Assembly: GCA_964016885.1 (NCBI GenBank)
Contig: OZ024745.1
Span: 122,326,001-122,390,000, forward strand
DNA length: 64,000 nt
Direction of reading: 5' to 3'
Source of the DNA: Eledone cirrhosa
Lineage: Eukaryota
The number at the start of each line of letters is the position of its first letter. Position 1 is the stretch's first letter. Made by a program: the position numbers and the translations under genes. This document shows positions 1-11,273 of this stretch, piece by piece. Below the pieces are notes generated by a model. That model saw nothing but the letters and a program-made list of their open reading frames with translations. It did not search any database and had not been told where the DNA came from.

Positions 1-1039
1 GTTCTTAACCTTTTTCTTTTGTGGTATTCTTTAAGATTTTGAAATTCCATCCCACACGCCTAAGCCTAGCACATAAGACAAAAGAACTTGAAATTTCAGG
101 TCAAATTATCAGCTACTTAGCTACTACTGTTTAATTAATTAACTACTATGATTAATAAATATAGATTTTTGAAAGTAACAGAAAATATTGAATCAAAATA
201 TTTTAATCTTCAATGTGACTTCTTTTCTTGCATCTTCAACATACATCCATATATATATATAATGTTGGTATAAATCCATAGAGGAAAGATCAAGGAAAAC
301 GGCTCAATCTGTTGAGAGCTTATTTAGTATAAACAGTTTCGTACACATAACATGTATGTGCTACTATTAGTTTTGAGGTCCAGTCATGGCCACCACTGTA
401 GAATGAAGGAGGTACTTTTAAACAGGCTCTTCATTCAGGCACGTGGACAACAATTTGCTGGACAGATTTTATGGGCAAAACCAACCAGCAGGAGACACAG
501 GGGTAGACCCTGGGCAAGATAGTTAGATAACATCCATGAGCTTGGCTGGTCTTGCTTGGGGATCCAGCTGGATCAGTTGGAGACGGTTGCTTCTGTCAGG
601 ACTCGCTGGAAGGAGTGTTTGATGACTTTGCCCTCACAACCCTCTCGAGAATAATATATAAAATATTTACTCTGAAATGATGTGCAAAAAAACGTTTCCA
701 TCAAATGCTCAAATTTAAAACTCCTTCATTACTATAATTCTAATGAGTAGACAAACTATCAATGTGTTTCAATTAAGTTTCATTATAAACAAGATTTTTA
801 GAGGAGTTCACTAAAATATCTATAACTATAAATTTATGGTTATTGTTTAGTTTAGCCCCAAATAAATCTCTGATCAAAATTATTCCAGCTGTGAACATCC
901 CATCTTTTTAAGGGTGCCTAAGACTAGAACATTCACTGTGTACTACTGTTTTTAAGGTGGTTGAAAGATTTGGCTGCTATTTCTAGCAAGTTAAGCAATT
1001 ACAAAGAGGCTCCTATTTGTTTATATATTGAAATATATA

Positions 1040-2793
1040 TATATTTCTTTATTAGCCACAAGGGCGCACAAGAAAAGGGGACAAAACAAAGAGATGCCAG
1101 GGATTTTACATACAATCGTGTAAAAATATGAAACAAACAAATTTAACAATCAAAATCCCCAATAGCGGGGAGGCGCCACAAATGGGTTGATTAATACCCC
1201 GTAGCTAGAACAACCCTCAACTTCAGGAGCGTGTTGTGCAAGTACTCCTTTCTTCCTTTTGCTCTCTTCTTTAACCTACAGGCTTATAAACAGAGAAGGC
1301 CCAATCACTCGGGCCATTTTCGCTTCATTCACCCACCTTTCAGTAAATTTACTGGGGTGCAATACCTCTCTCTCCACTCTGATTCTCCTCTAAAGTGATA
1401 CTTAAAGAAGGGAATCAATTATCCGGAGAGAAAGGCATCTGTCCTCAGTACTCTCAATCTCGTCCACCATATAACCTCTTTCACCATAGCCACTGTACAG
1501 AGGAAAACTGTGTCTCTTTGGTTTTTGAAAGAGGCTGGCGGTTTGATCCTTACTATGGACTCGGCAGTGAACTGGATTTGTCCCATACGCGACAGCAGTT
1601 CTGCATAGTTCCACAGGTTACTTACACCCGGGCAGTGTACAATTGCGTGCAAGACGGTTTCAAACAGACTGGTGAGCTCGTCGTCTTCGATGCCCAGAGT
1701 CTCCCCGAGCACGTCGTCACCCTTGTGACGTACTAACCCTCGAAAGAATGTCGAAGTGGAGTCACCACTGATTGCTGTGCCCACTTGACAGAGGACTGTG
1801 AGCGCCTGAGCGCATTCAATGTGCCAGGCGCCCATCTTCTTCAGTCTTCGTTTGACCCAGGACTGCAGCTCCGTCAGCGAGACAAGTTGTGGGAAGGCCT
1901 GTCTCACAAACGGTGCCCACACCGGTTGGTCGGTGAGGAATACCTGGAGATGCCGTAGCCTCAGCTCATGTTTGTGCATCATTAGCCACGGCGTGCCAAG
2001 CCCTCCGTTGGAAGGGTGTTGACAGCAGACGGATCTCCTCACCAGTGGTGCCCGTTTCTTCCACAGGAACTGGAAGAGCATGTGTTCCATCTTGGTGAGG
2101 TATTCACAGCGACAAGGCATGACAGTCAAGCGGTAGTAGATGACGGACGCTATGAAAGTGTTCGCCACCTCTGCTCGACCTTTCAAGGATAGTTTGCACT
2201 CTGCCCACTTCTGGGTGAGCGCAAATACCTTGGCCATGACTTCGTTCCAGTTTTTCTCCACCTGGAGGTCTGGACCGAACCAGACCCCGAGCAATTTCAC
2301 CGGTCCTTCTGGCCAGCGTCCGACGACGCTGTCGGACGGCATCAGTTTGCCTCTCCACATTCCGAGTTGCAAACCGACAGACTTGTCCAGGGTCAGTTTT
2401 GCACCTGTGAACCTTTCATATTCCTGGAGTAAGTTGCCAATTACCTTGATTTCCGAGGTTTTCGACACCATTACTGTCACATCGTCGGCAAAAGCCGACA
2501 CCACTTTTCGCAGTCCCGGTTCTAAAGGGATGCCCTGCAAAAGCTCCAACTTCCGCAGTAGTGGCTCTAGAGTCAATACGTACAGAATGGAGGAGAGAGG
2601 GCATCCCTGTCGACTGGAACGCGTGATTGCGAACGGCTCCTATAGGTAGCCGTTCACCTTGACCTTCGAGCAGATGCTGGTGTGCATCGCCTTGATCCAG
2701 CCTCTGAAAACGGGACCGAAACTGGCCGCCTTGAGAACCGCTTCCAAGTATCGATGGTCGACCCTATCGAATGCCTTAGACTGATCTAAATTG
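1040..2793 (-). mobile_element. 5'-truncated L1/Tx1-clade LINE (RT and C-terminus, disrupted)
   Basis: Minus-strand RT motifs LDQSKAFDRVDH, RQGCPLS, SAFADDVT and LGVWFG, then Tx1-like SLKGRAEVAN and GGLG. In-frame stop near 2643. 3' end aataaa followed by (AT)n at about 1040. Confidence 0.85.
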
Positions 2794-2987
2794 CAAGTCC
2801 ATGCCAGCATGGAAAATCAAATGTAAAAATGATGATGGTATATACTGTTGTTGAATCTCATTTTATTGTTCATGTTATGATATTTTTATTCAAATAAATG
2901 GTTTGGTATTGAAAGGGTTAACAGATGAAAGTATTCAAAATGTCTCTAAAGAATGTGTATTTGTTTCCTACTTATCTCACTTGACAT

Positions 2988-3147
2988 GTGAAGGCGCATA
3001 GCTTAGTGGTTAGAGCGTTAGGCTTACAATCGTGAGGTTGTGGGTTTGATTCTAGGACCAGGCTTTGTGTTGTGTCCTTGAGCAAGACACTTTATTTCAC
3101 GTTGTTCCAGTTCACTCACCTGTAGAAAGGAGTTGCGACGTCACTGT
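2988..3147 (+). mobile_element. tRNA-derived SINE family B, truncated (other copies 27428-27960 +, 61330-61530 -)
   Basis: Box A-like tagcttagtgg, degenerate box B, and a shared body gtgttgtgtccttgagcaagacactttatttcacgttg seen in three places. Confidence 0.75.
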
Positions 3148-4934
3148 ATATATGTGCATGTCAGTAGGTTTCCCTGAAAATCTCTATTGTATTTTCATGT
3201 AGATCTGATTACTGTTCTGAAAAAGTGAAAGTAAGAAGAGAGTTGTTTTTTTTTTTTGTGGCTTAGATTATGACCTTTTTGTAAAGCCTCAGTAAGTGGT
3301 TGAAGGAAGATATCTGAAAATATGACTCAAATACTTGCAATGGACTGGGCTCAGATAAAGGTGCCTTAGGTCTAGGTGGTGGTGTTAAACTGGGCATTGG
3401 ATTACAATGAAATGCATTTTTACATGGATGTTTTATTACATCATCATTATCACTGTTTAACATCCATTTTTCCATGCTAGCATGGATTATATTAACTGAA
3501 CATAGAACAAAAACTTGTCAAAAGTATTGAGTGAAGACTGCCACCCTATTCCTGCCCTAATGTCTGCCTCCTGATCTCGGTTGACAGGATGGAGAAGACA
3601 TTGGGGACCAACAACACTGCTTTAAGTCTCCACTGATATAGGCTCAACTACAATCCTATCAGAGCAGCTGATACTTTGATAGTTTTGGCCTGGAGGGCAG
3701 CAAAGCCTGGGATGGCACCCGAGTACACCCGGTTGCCACTAGAGAAGGTGCCACAACATGTAGCCTCCCAGATGATGGGCCTACCTCTGTGGAATGAGAA
3801 GATTGTCATACCGTCTGGCCTTTTTCTGTCTCCTCAGTCTTGCCTCGGCGGGAAGGCATCCGCCATCCAGGCCTTGCTGTATGATCTCATTGAGAGAGCC
3901 TAATGAAGGGGACAGTCATATTTTCTGAGGTGTCATAGTCGGACATGGAACATTAAAAACATTGTTTAATTGTGGTAAATATACCCTACATTTGCAATAT
4001 TTTCTTAAAATATTGCAGCAGAATAAAATTTCAGTTTTTACTATACAACATCTGGTGTAGAATATATGTAATAAAGAAATAAACAGATGTTAGTAACAGA
4101 AATATTTACTGAGGAAATCCAAGGGACCAGTCTTTGGTGATGTGACAAGGCTACTAAAAACAAACAAGTGAAGCATTACATGATGTTATAAGCAGCTTTG
4201 GTTTTATATTGTTTACTCAGGATAACTAGGCAACTATGTGTCTCTTTATATTTATAAGTGTAGTCAAATTTGTCTCCTGGAAGCAGACACCATTGTCTAG
4301 ATAGATGAGACCTACATCGGTGCTGTCTGTTGTTCTCTAATTTATTACACACACACTGGATGATTTGTAGGATTAAATTTGTTGCTATTGTTGAAATGGT
4401 TCTACATATATGCAGCAATCTAGCAACATAAGCCTGGGAGTGGTAGCAACCTAGGACAGTGAAAGTAGCAGAGGTGAAGGAGGAGTAAGAGGAGGGAGGT
4501 GTTGACACAGATTTTGAAGAACAGGAAATTTAGTCTCATGATGTAAAATTATGTCCACAAGGTCTCCTTTTAGATTTTCAATTTTAGTTGTTGAATCTAG
4601 TCACATGATGGATGGGAGGCCATCATAATAACTTCTAAATATTTCTTTCTGATGTTTCATGTTTATTTGTGTTTCGTTTTTTTTTTAGGAAAAATGGTTG
4701 CTGCGAGTTTGTAAAAGTTTGTCGTGTTTGTGGGACTTGCTAATAGACACGTGTACATAGATAAATATATTGATAGTAATTTGTTAAATGAAACAAAATA
4801 ACATCTTGGACAAGGCGAAAAAGATTACATGTCTACTTTGTCTGACAGGACACAAAAACACACACACACAATAAACAGTAGAATCTGAAGAAATTAACGA
4901 TGGTCTGCATGAATAATTAGTGAGTATAAATAGT

Positions 4935-5145
4935 TTAACCCTTTAACATTACTCTATATTTACTATTGTATTTTCACAGTAAACACTTTACCTCAAATAA
5001 TATCAAATCTATGAGATTTTGATATTATTTATTTTGAGAACAATACCTTAGCATCAGTATGAGCGGCCGGTTACTGCCTATTTCAACAGAAAAAAAGGGA
5101 GAGAATTATGGCCGGATATGGTCGGTTTAAATGCTAAAGGGTTAA
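4935..5145. mobile_element. ~200-240 bp TTAA (piggyBac-like) MITE. Other copies about 5442-5654, 8314-8516, 18004-18219, 19748-19965, 22355-23125 (interrupted), 27634-27872, 32452-32677, 36685-36859, 42012-42188, 49691-49919, 58074-58287, 58513-58741, 63501-63716, 63878-64000
   Basis: Ends ttaaccctttagcatt ... aatgctaaagggttaa with a conserved interior. The copies at 27634 and 49691 split a SINE and a LINE reading frame exactly at a duplicated TTAA. Confidence 0.9.
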
Positions 5146-6113
5146 ATGTGTAATAAATCAGTTTTGCTGTGAAAACGGGGAAAAGTTTGAGGTTTGGGCC
5201 AGAACCCTCTGTTGGAGAGGGATATTTTCTGATGATATCAAAGAATTTTCATTTAAAAAAAAAATGTTTATGCTGTTTAGTGAAGAAGGGAAAGGTAGCA
5301 CACATAACCCTTTTCAGAGCCCTCAAGATTTGTGGGAGGGTGGAAGAGCGTTTCAAACTGGACAGCTGATTCAAATACTTCCGAGTGGACTCTGATAAAG
5401 GCTCCCAATTACTCAGGAGTGGTGTTAAATCAGATGGTGGATTAACCCTTTAGCATTAAAACTAGCCATATCCGGCCAGAGTTCTTTGACCTATTTATGT
5501 TACAACCAGCTGTAAATGGCCACTCATACTGATGTTAAAGTATTGTTCTCAAAATAAATAACAAAATCTCATAGTTTCGCTATTATGTGAGGTAAAGCCT
5601 TTACTGTGAAAATACAATAGTATATATCGAGTAATGTAAATGTTAAAGGGTTAAACTATTTATACTCACTCATGCAGACCATCGTTAATTTCCTCAGATT
5701 CTACTGTTTATTTTGTGGGGGTGGGGGTGGGGTGGGTAGGGGGGGGGGTCATATAAGAACAAGGTTGATATGTAGTTTTTTTGTATTGTCCAAGACGTTA
5801 TTTTATTCCATTTAACAAGTTACTATCAACATGTTTATCTGTGTACATGTGTCTATTAGCAAGGGTTAAGTCTACTACCTAGATTAGATATAGAGATAGT
5901 AGTGTTGCATAGGTATTAGTAGCTAAACTAGCTGGTAGATTATGTCTACCAGCTCGATTGTTTACATTTGAATATGACCAATGTGATATTCAAATGTAAA
6001 CATTTCCCCAGTACGGTAAACTTTTATATGAAATGATTTGAGTTAATGATGTTTGTTTTATTAATTCTGATGAATCCAATTATTCAATTATATAATTAAT
6101 AAACTAATAATTA

Positions 6114-6625
6114 AACTACTACGGCTTAATACGGGATGTTTGTTTACAAACACACCGAGCATTATAATAAATGTTCGGTGAATCCATACGTACATATATA
6201 TATGTGTGCATGTATGTATATATATATATATATATATACATACTACTGTACGTCGGTATACATATATGTATGTACGTGTACATACTTATATTTAAGTAAC
6301 AACCGTACTAAGAGTGGGAAATGATATTTCGTTTCATTTTTTCTGTTTATCGTTTTCGGTGCACCCGGCCGATTAACCCACTCGATATGCAAATTAGGCT
6401 GCTCAGCCGTTAATATGCATAAGGTAAGTATATACGTTCAACAATCTGGCAGGAAGGTATACGTTGCTGACGATAGCTAATAAGCTTGAAACTAGTACAG
6501 CGTTCCTTTGTCAGTGTTGAACAAACGAGCAACGATGGTTGCTAGACACTACGGCTTAATACGGGATACTTGTTTACAAACACACCGAGCATTATAATAA
6601 ATGTTCGGTGAATCCATACATATAT

Positions 6626-6666
<41 letters not shown>

Positions 6667-6717
6667 CTACTGTACGTCTGTATACATATATGTATGTACG
6701 TGTACATACTTATATTT
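6114..6717 (+). mobile_element. Small non-coding HHR-bearing element (retrozyme/Penelope-pLTR-like), ~1.4 copies of a 430-bp monomer
   Basis: Direct repeats 6118-6295 and 6548-6719. Flanking 12-bp duplication aactaataatta (6102-6113, 6718-6729). Internal HHR. Confidence 0.75.
6436..6522 (+). ncRNA. Type I hammerhead ribozyme motif
   Basis: ACGUUG-CUGACGA-U-AGCU(AAUA)AGCU-U-GAAA-C(UA)GUA-CAGCGU. Stem I ACGUUG/CAGCGU is extended by GUUCAACA/UGUUGAAC. Helix III is the palindrome ACUAGU. Predicted cut after A6497. Confidence 0.8.
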
Positions 6718-7859
6718 AACTAATAATTATGTATCCCATAAGATGGTAGAAACGTGCATTAATTAGAATATGATATAATTAACAGTAGTTGGTCTTATTT
6801 TCAATGTAGTATGTATATATAATAATAATAATAATTGTTTCTACTTTTGGCACAAGGCCAGCAATTATCTCAGTGCATTACTGGTACTTTATTTTATGAC
6901 CCCGTAAGGATGAAAGCTAAAGTTAACTTTGGCGGGATTTGAACTCAGACCGTAAAGGAGCATAACTCTATGCTGTAAAGCATAATAATAATGAAATTAT
7001 TGTGTTCAGTGCTCAGGTGCACTACAACTCATCAAAGGTGCATGTATAGTACATAGAATAATGTACAATAATTACACCATAGCTATATACAGCTTTAAAT
7101 AGATAGCTGGAGAGTGGCTGACTCTTGCTGAGTGATGTCAAGACATCCTCGGCCTTCTTGTCCAACGCAAATCGCTGACAGTAATGCCCAGGTCATGTTC
7201 ACAAGATGTTGTTGACCCTCTTCGATCATGAATGACTGTGATTTACACCTAGAAAGTTTTGTTGTGTCGCCATCAAGGCCACTTTACAGTGTGGGCTGGA
7301 GGTTTCGCTGGATATATGCTACAACCTGTCCTCATGAGAGATATATGGAAGAGTGAGGTGGTGGTGGTGGTGCATACTATATATATATATATGTATGTAT
7401 ACTTCAGCTTCAGCCTGTGCCCATGGGAAGGCACGTCTTCTGTATTACTGCATAACACCAGAGATTCCGGTCCTGTGTCATCATCATTGAGAGGTGCAAT
7501 TGAGCGAGGTCAGCTTTTATCACCTCAATCCAAGTTTTCCTGGGTCTCCCCACTCCACGAATTTGATCGACTTTGAGCGCTATGCACTCTTTTATACAGC
7601 TGTCATTCTTCATACACATCACATGTCCATACCACAATCTCCTCTCCTGCATACGGCATCCGATTCCTCTTATGCCTAGTTTCTCTCTCAGTTCGTTTAA
7701 GCTTTGCCGGTCACGTAAGTTACTATTACACATCCAGCGAAGCATACAAGCTTTGTTTCTTTCCAATCTATGCAAGTTTTCTGTACACAGCACCCAGGTC
7801 TCACTAACATGTAACATTGGTGTTTGTATGCATGCATCATACAGTCTGCCTTTCATTTT

Positions 7860-8772
7860 GTATGTGTGTGTATGTATATATATATATATATATATAAATT
7901 TAAAAAAAAGCAGTAAGGAGAGAAATACACATAAATATGTGTTCGATTATATGGGATATAAAACCACCAGGGTGATGAACATTTTAACTATGGATGGAAT
8001 GGTGAATATAAATTAATTAAAAGAATAATTCAAAGTTTACAAACCAGCCATTATAACTGTAAACATCCAGACATGTTTAAATTAGAAACATGTTTCGCTA
8101 TATCATGCGAAGAATTCATATTACAAGTGTAGCTCTTCAGTGGATGCCCTAGCCAATATGAACTTCATGCCTAGCGTGATAATAGGTAACTAAAATAACA
8201 CACATGGTTTAAAGAGAAGAGTTGGTTAGCACAAGACGGCGTGAATAGACCATGAGGCCACTAAAAATAGCAGCCCAGAACCATTCAACTTGAAAAAGCT
8301 ATACTAACATATATTAACCCTTTAGCATTCACATTACTCTACATATACTATTGTATTTTCATGGTAAAGGCTTTACCTCACATAATATCGAATCTGAGAT
8401 TTTGAAAGTATTTATTTTGAGAACAATACCTTAACATCAGTTTCAGCGACCAGTTACAGCCAGTTTCAACAGAAAGAGGTAGAGAATTCTGGCTGGTTTG
8501 AACATTAAAGGGTTAATAAACTAGAAGCCAAATATATCAAATTAAATGTTGTTAAAATTTCTCAATAATCCCCTACAATTAACTAAGCTCAAGGAACAAA
8601 TTCCACGCTTTTTATAAAATAGTGAGAGGAATACATATAAATATGTGTTCGATTATAGGGGATATAAAACCACCAAGGTGATGAACATATTAACTACAGA
8701 TGGAACGGTGAATACCAATTAATTAAAAGAATAAATCAAAGTGTACAAACCATGTACAACATAGTTCTTGTA
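7860..8772 (-). mobile_element. Second HHR-bearing non-coding element (~507-bp monomer, ~1.3 copies) inserted in the RTE
   Basis: Direct repeats about 7911-8046 and 8620-8752 (offset 706 bp, including a ~200-bp MITE). 29-bp duplication of RTE sequence at 7831-7859 and 8773-8801 with 1 mismatch. Confidence 0.75.
8061..8149 (-). ncRNA. Complete type I hammerhead ribozyme motif
   Basis: Minus strand: GGGCAUCCA-CUGAAGA-GCUA...UAGC-GAA-ACAUGUUU(CUAAUUU)AAACAUGU-C-UGGAUGUUU. All three helices pair, and the GUC cleavage triplet has C17 at 8070. Confidence 0.85.
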
Positions 8773-10143
8773 CATGCATCATACAGTCTGCATTTCATTT
8801 TATGGGAAAAACCTTTTGTAGTTAGCAGCGGTAGTAGATCCCTGAATTTTCTCCGACCCGATCTCTGGCTATTGTACTTTTGGAATACCCTCCCCTACTA
8901 CTGATATGATCATCCGGATAACAGAAGCCACCTACCACTTCTATAGAGCCTTCTGGGCATTTGAAGGTGATTGTATCCTGAGAGCTCTTGCTACTTATTG
9001 CTCCAAAACCTATGTTCTTTGTTAGCCTGCCTTGGATCCCACTACATCTCTTATGTACCCATAGCTTGCACTTGTGACATAGGATGGAATTTATTCGTAC
9101 TCCTTTTCTGCACACTGAGCAGGCCATTTCCTTGAGGAGACCTGGGCCTTGTTATCCTTTCTACTTACTAGAACTTTAGTTTTTGCTAAGTTTACCTTAA
9201 GACCTTTAGATTCCAGGCCATGCTTCCTGCTTTGGAATTTCATCTCTAATTCAGCTATAAGGGTTTTGTTGTCTGCATACAGAAGTTCCCAAGCACAGCC
9301 AGCCTTAAACACCTCCATTATTGCCTGTAGGACAAAGATAAACAGGAGGGGGTTAAGAATTGAGCTGTGTTGGACACCAACCTGCATGCTAAATTCTTTG
9401 CTATAGTCATTGTTAATTCTAACCTTGCTACTGCCTTCACAAGCCACTTGTCTGCTCCTAGTTTTCTGAGAGCCCACCAGATATTGGAATTGGGAACTCT
9501 GTCAAAAGCTTTTTCTAGGTCTCCAAAAGCCAAGAAGAGGGGGTTTACTCTTACCTAGGTACTTCTGCAGTTGTTTTACAAGGAATAGGGCATCTGTGGT
9601 ACTTTTACCTCGTACAAACTCAAATTGCATCTCATCTAGGTTAACTTGTTCCCTAATCAGCTGAGCTATGACTCTTTCAGTGACCTTCATAACCTGGACA
9701 ACCAACTTAATGCTTCTATAGTTTTCTCTATCTAGTGTCACCGCCAGGCTTTAAAAAATGCCCTCGAAATACTGTATTTCAATACGGTGCCCTTACGACT
9801 CTTTCAGGAGTTACGGGACCATACATACGTCATCATCATCATCGTTTAACATCCATCTTCCACGCTAGCATGGGTTACATGGTTTTGTTCTATTTGATGC
9901 AGAAATGGTCAGGAGACTGTGTCTCTGGTAGGTTCTTTACGGCTGGATGCCCTTCCTAACATCAACCACCTTTACAGTGTGGACTGGGAGCCTTTTTACC
10001 GTCTCTTACACGACCACCTTAATGTTGACTGGGTGCTTTTTGTTGTTATCGACACAGTGGACAGAAATGGGAGGATGAGGCAGGTTGTGTGAGGTGGGTT
10101 GTATATTGGGTTAAGAGGTGCCTATTGACTGTGTGTGTGAATG

Positions 10144-10178
<35 letters not shown>

Positions 10179-10439
10179 GTATATGTATGTGTACACATGA
10201 CAATAATTAAATATAAATTAAAACCATGTTGCCAATGGAATCTCTACTTATCTCTCTTGGGAAAAATGTGAAAAGAAAGGCTTAATTTGTTTGCTTCACA
10301 ACGATCAATACATTTATTGTATAATATTGATTAATATTGTATAATATTGAATACTTGCAGCTTTTATTCCACCTCAGTTCTGTTATCCACTTTATCTTAA
10401 GGTGTGCCCAGCAACGACCAGCTCTTTTGTTAATATATA

Positions 10440-10700
10440 TATAGTTGAAAATGAACGAACAAAACACAGGAGGCAATTGTACACAGTTATATTAGCTTCA
10501 CGCTTGGTGGAAGTGTAGGAGGTTTCAATGTTTCGGGCAGAAGTGTTTCATCAGGAAAGTTCGGATAGTGGGAAAACAGGAATTCCGAGGAGGAATAAGG
10601 GGGGGGGGGGGTAAGGAGGGAAGTTACAAAGTAGAAAATGGAAAAAATAGAAAGTAAAATTAAAGGGATGAGGGGGGGGGGGTATAGAAGTATAGGCTGG
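10440..10700 (-). mobile_element. Penelope-pLTR-like fragment with decayed minimal HHR (10523-10558)
   Basis: Minus strand UUUC-CUGAUGA-AACAC-UUCU-GCCC-GAAAC-AUU-GAAA. Homologous to 13347-13570 and abuts (TA)n. Confidence 0.5.
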
Positions 10701-10959
10701 TGGCCAGGATGGAGGGTAGGAGTGACATGGGTGTGGTAGTGTGTGTCTGTGTGTGGTTAGGTTGAAGGTGAGAAGGGGGAGAGTGTAGAGAGGGGGGGGG
10801 GGCTACAAAAGTACTCAGTCTAGGAAGAGATGGCAAAGTTTAAGTGTGTGTGTGGATGTATGTGTGTGTGTCTGAAAAAGGAAGAGTGTGTGTGTGTGTG
10901 TGTGTGTGAACGTATGTGTGTGTGTGTGAACGTATGTTAAATTTTGTAAGTAAAAGCAC

Positions 10960-11270
10960 GACGCGACCGTCGTTATCCGACACCCTCAGCCGAAACCGTC
11001 TCAACAACTGATTGCCATTGCCAAGTCCTGGATTTCAATACCAGAATCTCTGGAGTTGACATCGGGGTAGGAGGGCTTGTGCCCCTCTTATTAGTGACTG
11101 CTGGTGGTTTCCAGAGCACTAATGGGGACACAGCCTCAGAGGTGGCATGATGGCAGTGGTCAGCAAATCTTGCTCTCCTTTTACAGACAACAGATATATG
11201 TGGGAGGCCGGCATATATCTCTTTCAAAGTCAGATGTCATCAGCTTATGTTCTGAATGTGTTGAAGCAGG
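10960..11270 (-). mobile_element. 3' fragment of an RTE-like LINE
   Basis: KEIYAGLPHIS..RRARFADHC..LVLWKP is typical of RTE/RTEX C-termini. Confidence 0.6.
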
Positions 11271-11273
11271 CGA

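Larger units (their letters stand above)
7410..9735 (-). mobile_element. Decayed RTE-clade LINE (RT to 3' end), interrupted at 7860-8772
   Basis: Frameshifted RT pieces NYRSIKL, STTDALF, DLEKAFDRVP, ELLYAD, GLKVNLAKTK, CKLWVHKRCSG, and a C-terminal RRLWYGHVM..GRPRKTW. Confidence 0.85.

Noticed and set aside
2988-3062. tRNA gene
   Set aside because: It is a degenerate tRNA-like head continuing into a SINE body found in several copies.
3535-3630. Possible HDV-like ribozyme at an RTE-like 5' region
   Set aside because: Only a simple hairpin (ccctaatgtct/agacattgggg) is visible, and I could not assign the nested double pseudoknot.
4689-4735. Possible upstream exon after a T-rich tract + ag
   Set aside because: No convincing donor or recognisable peptide.
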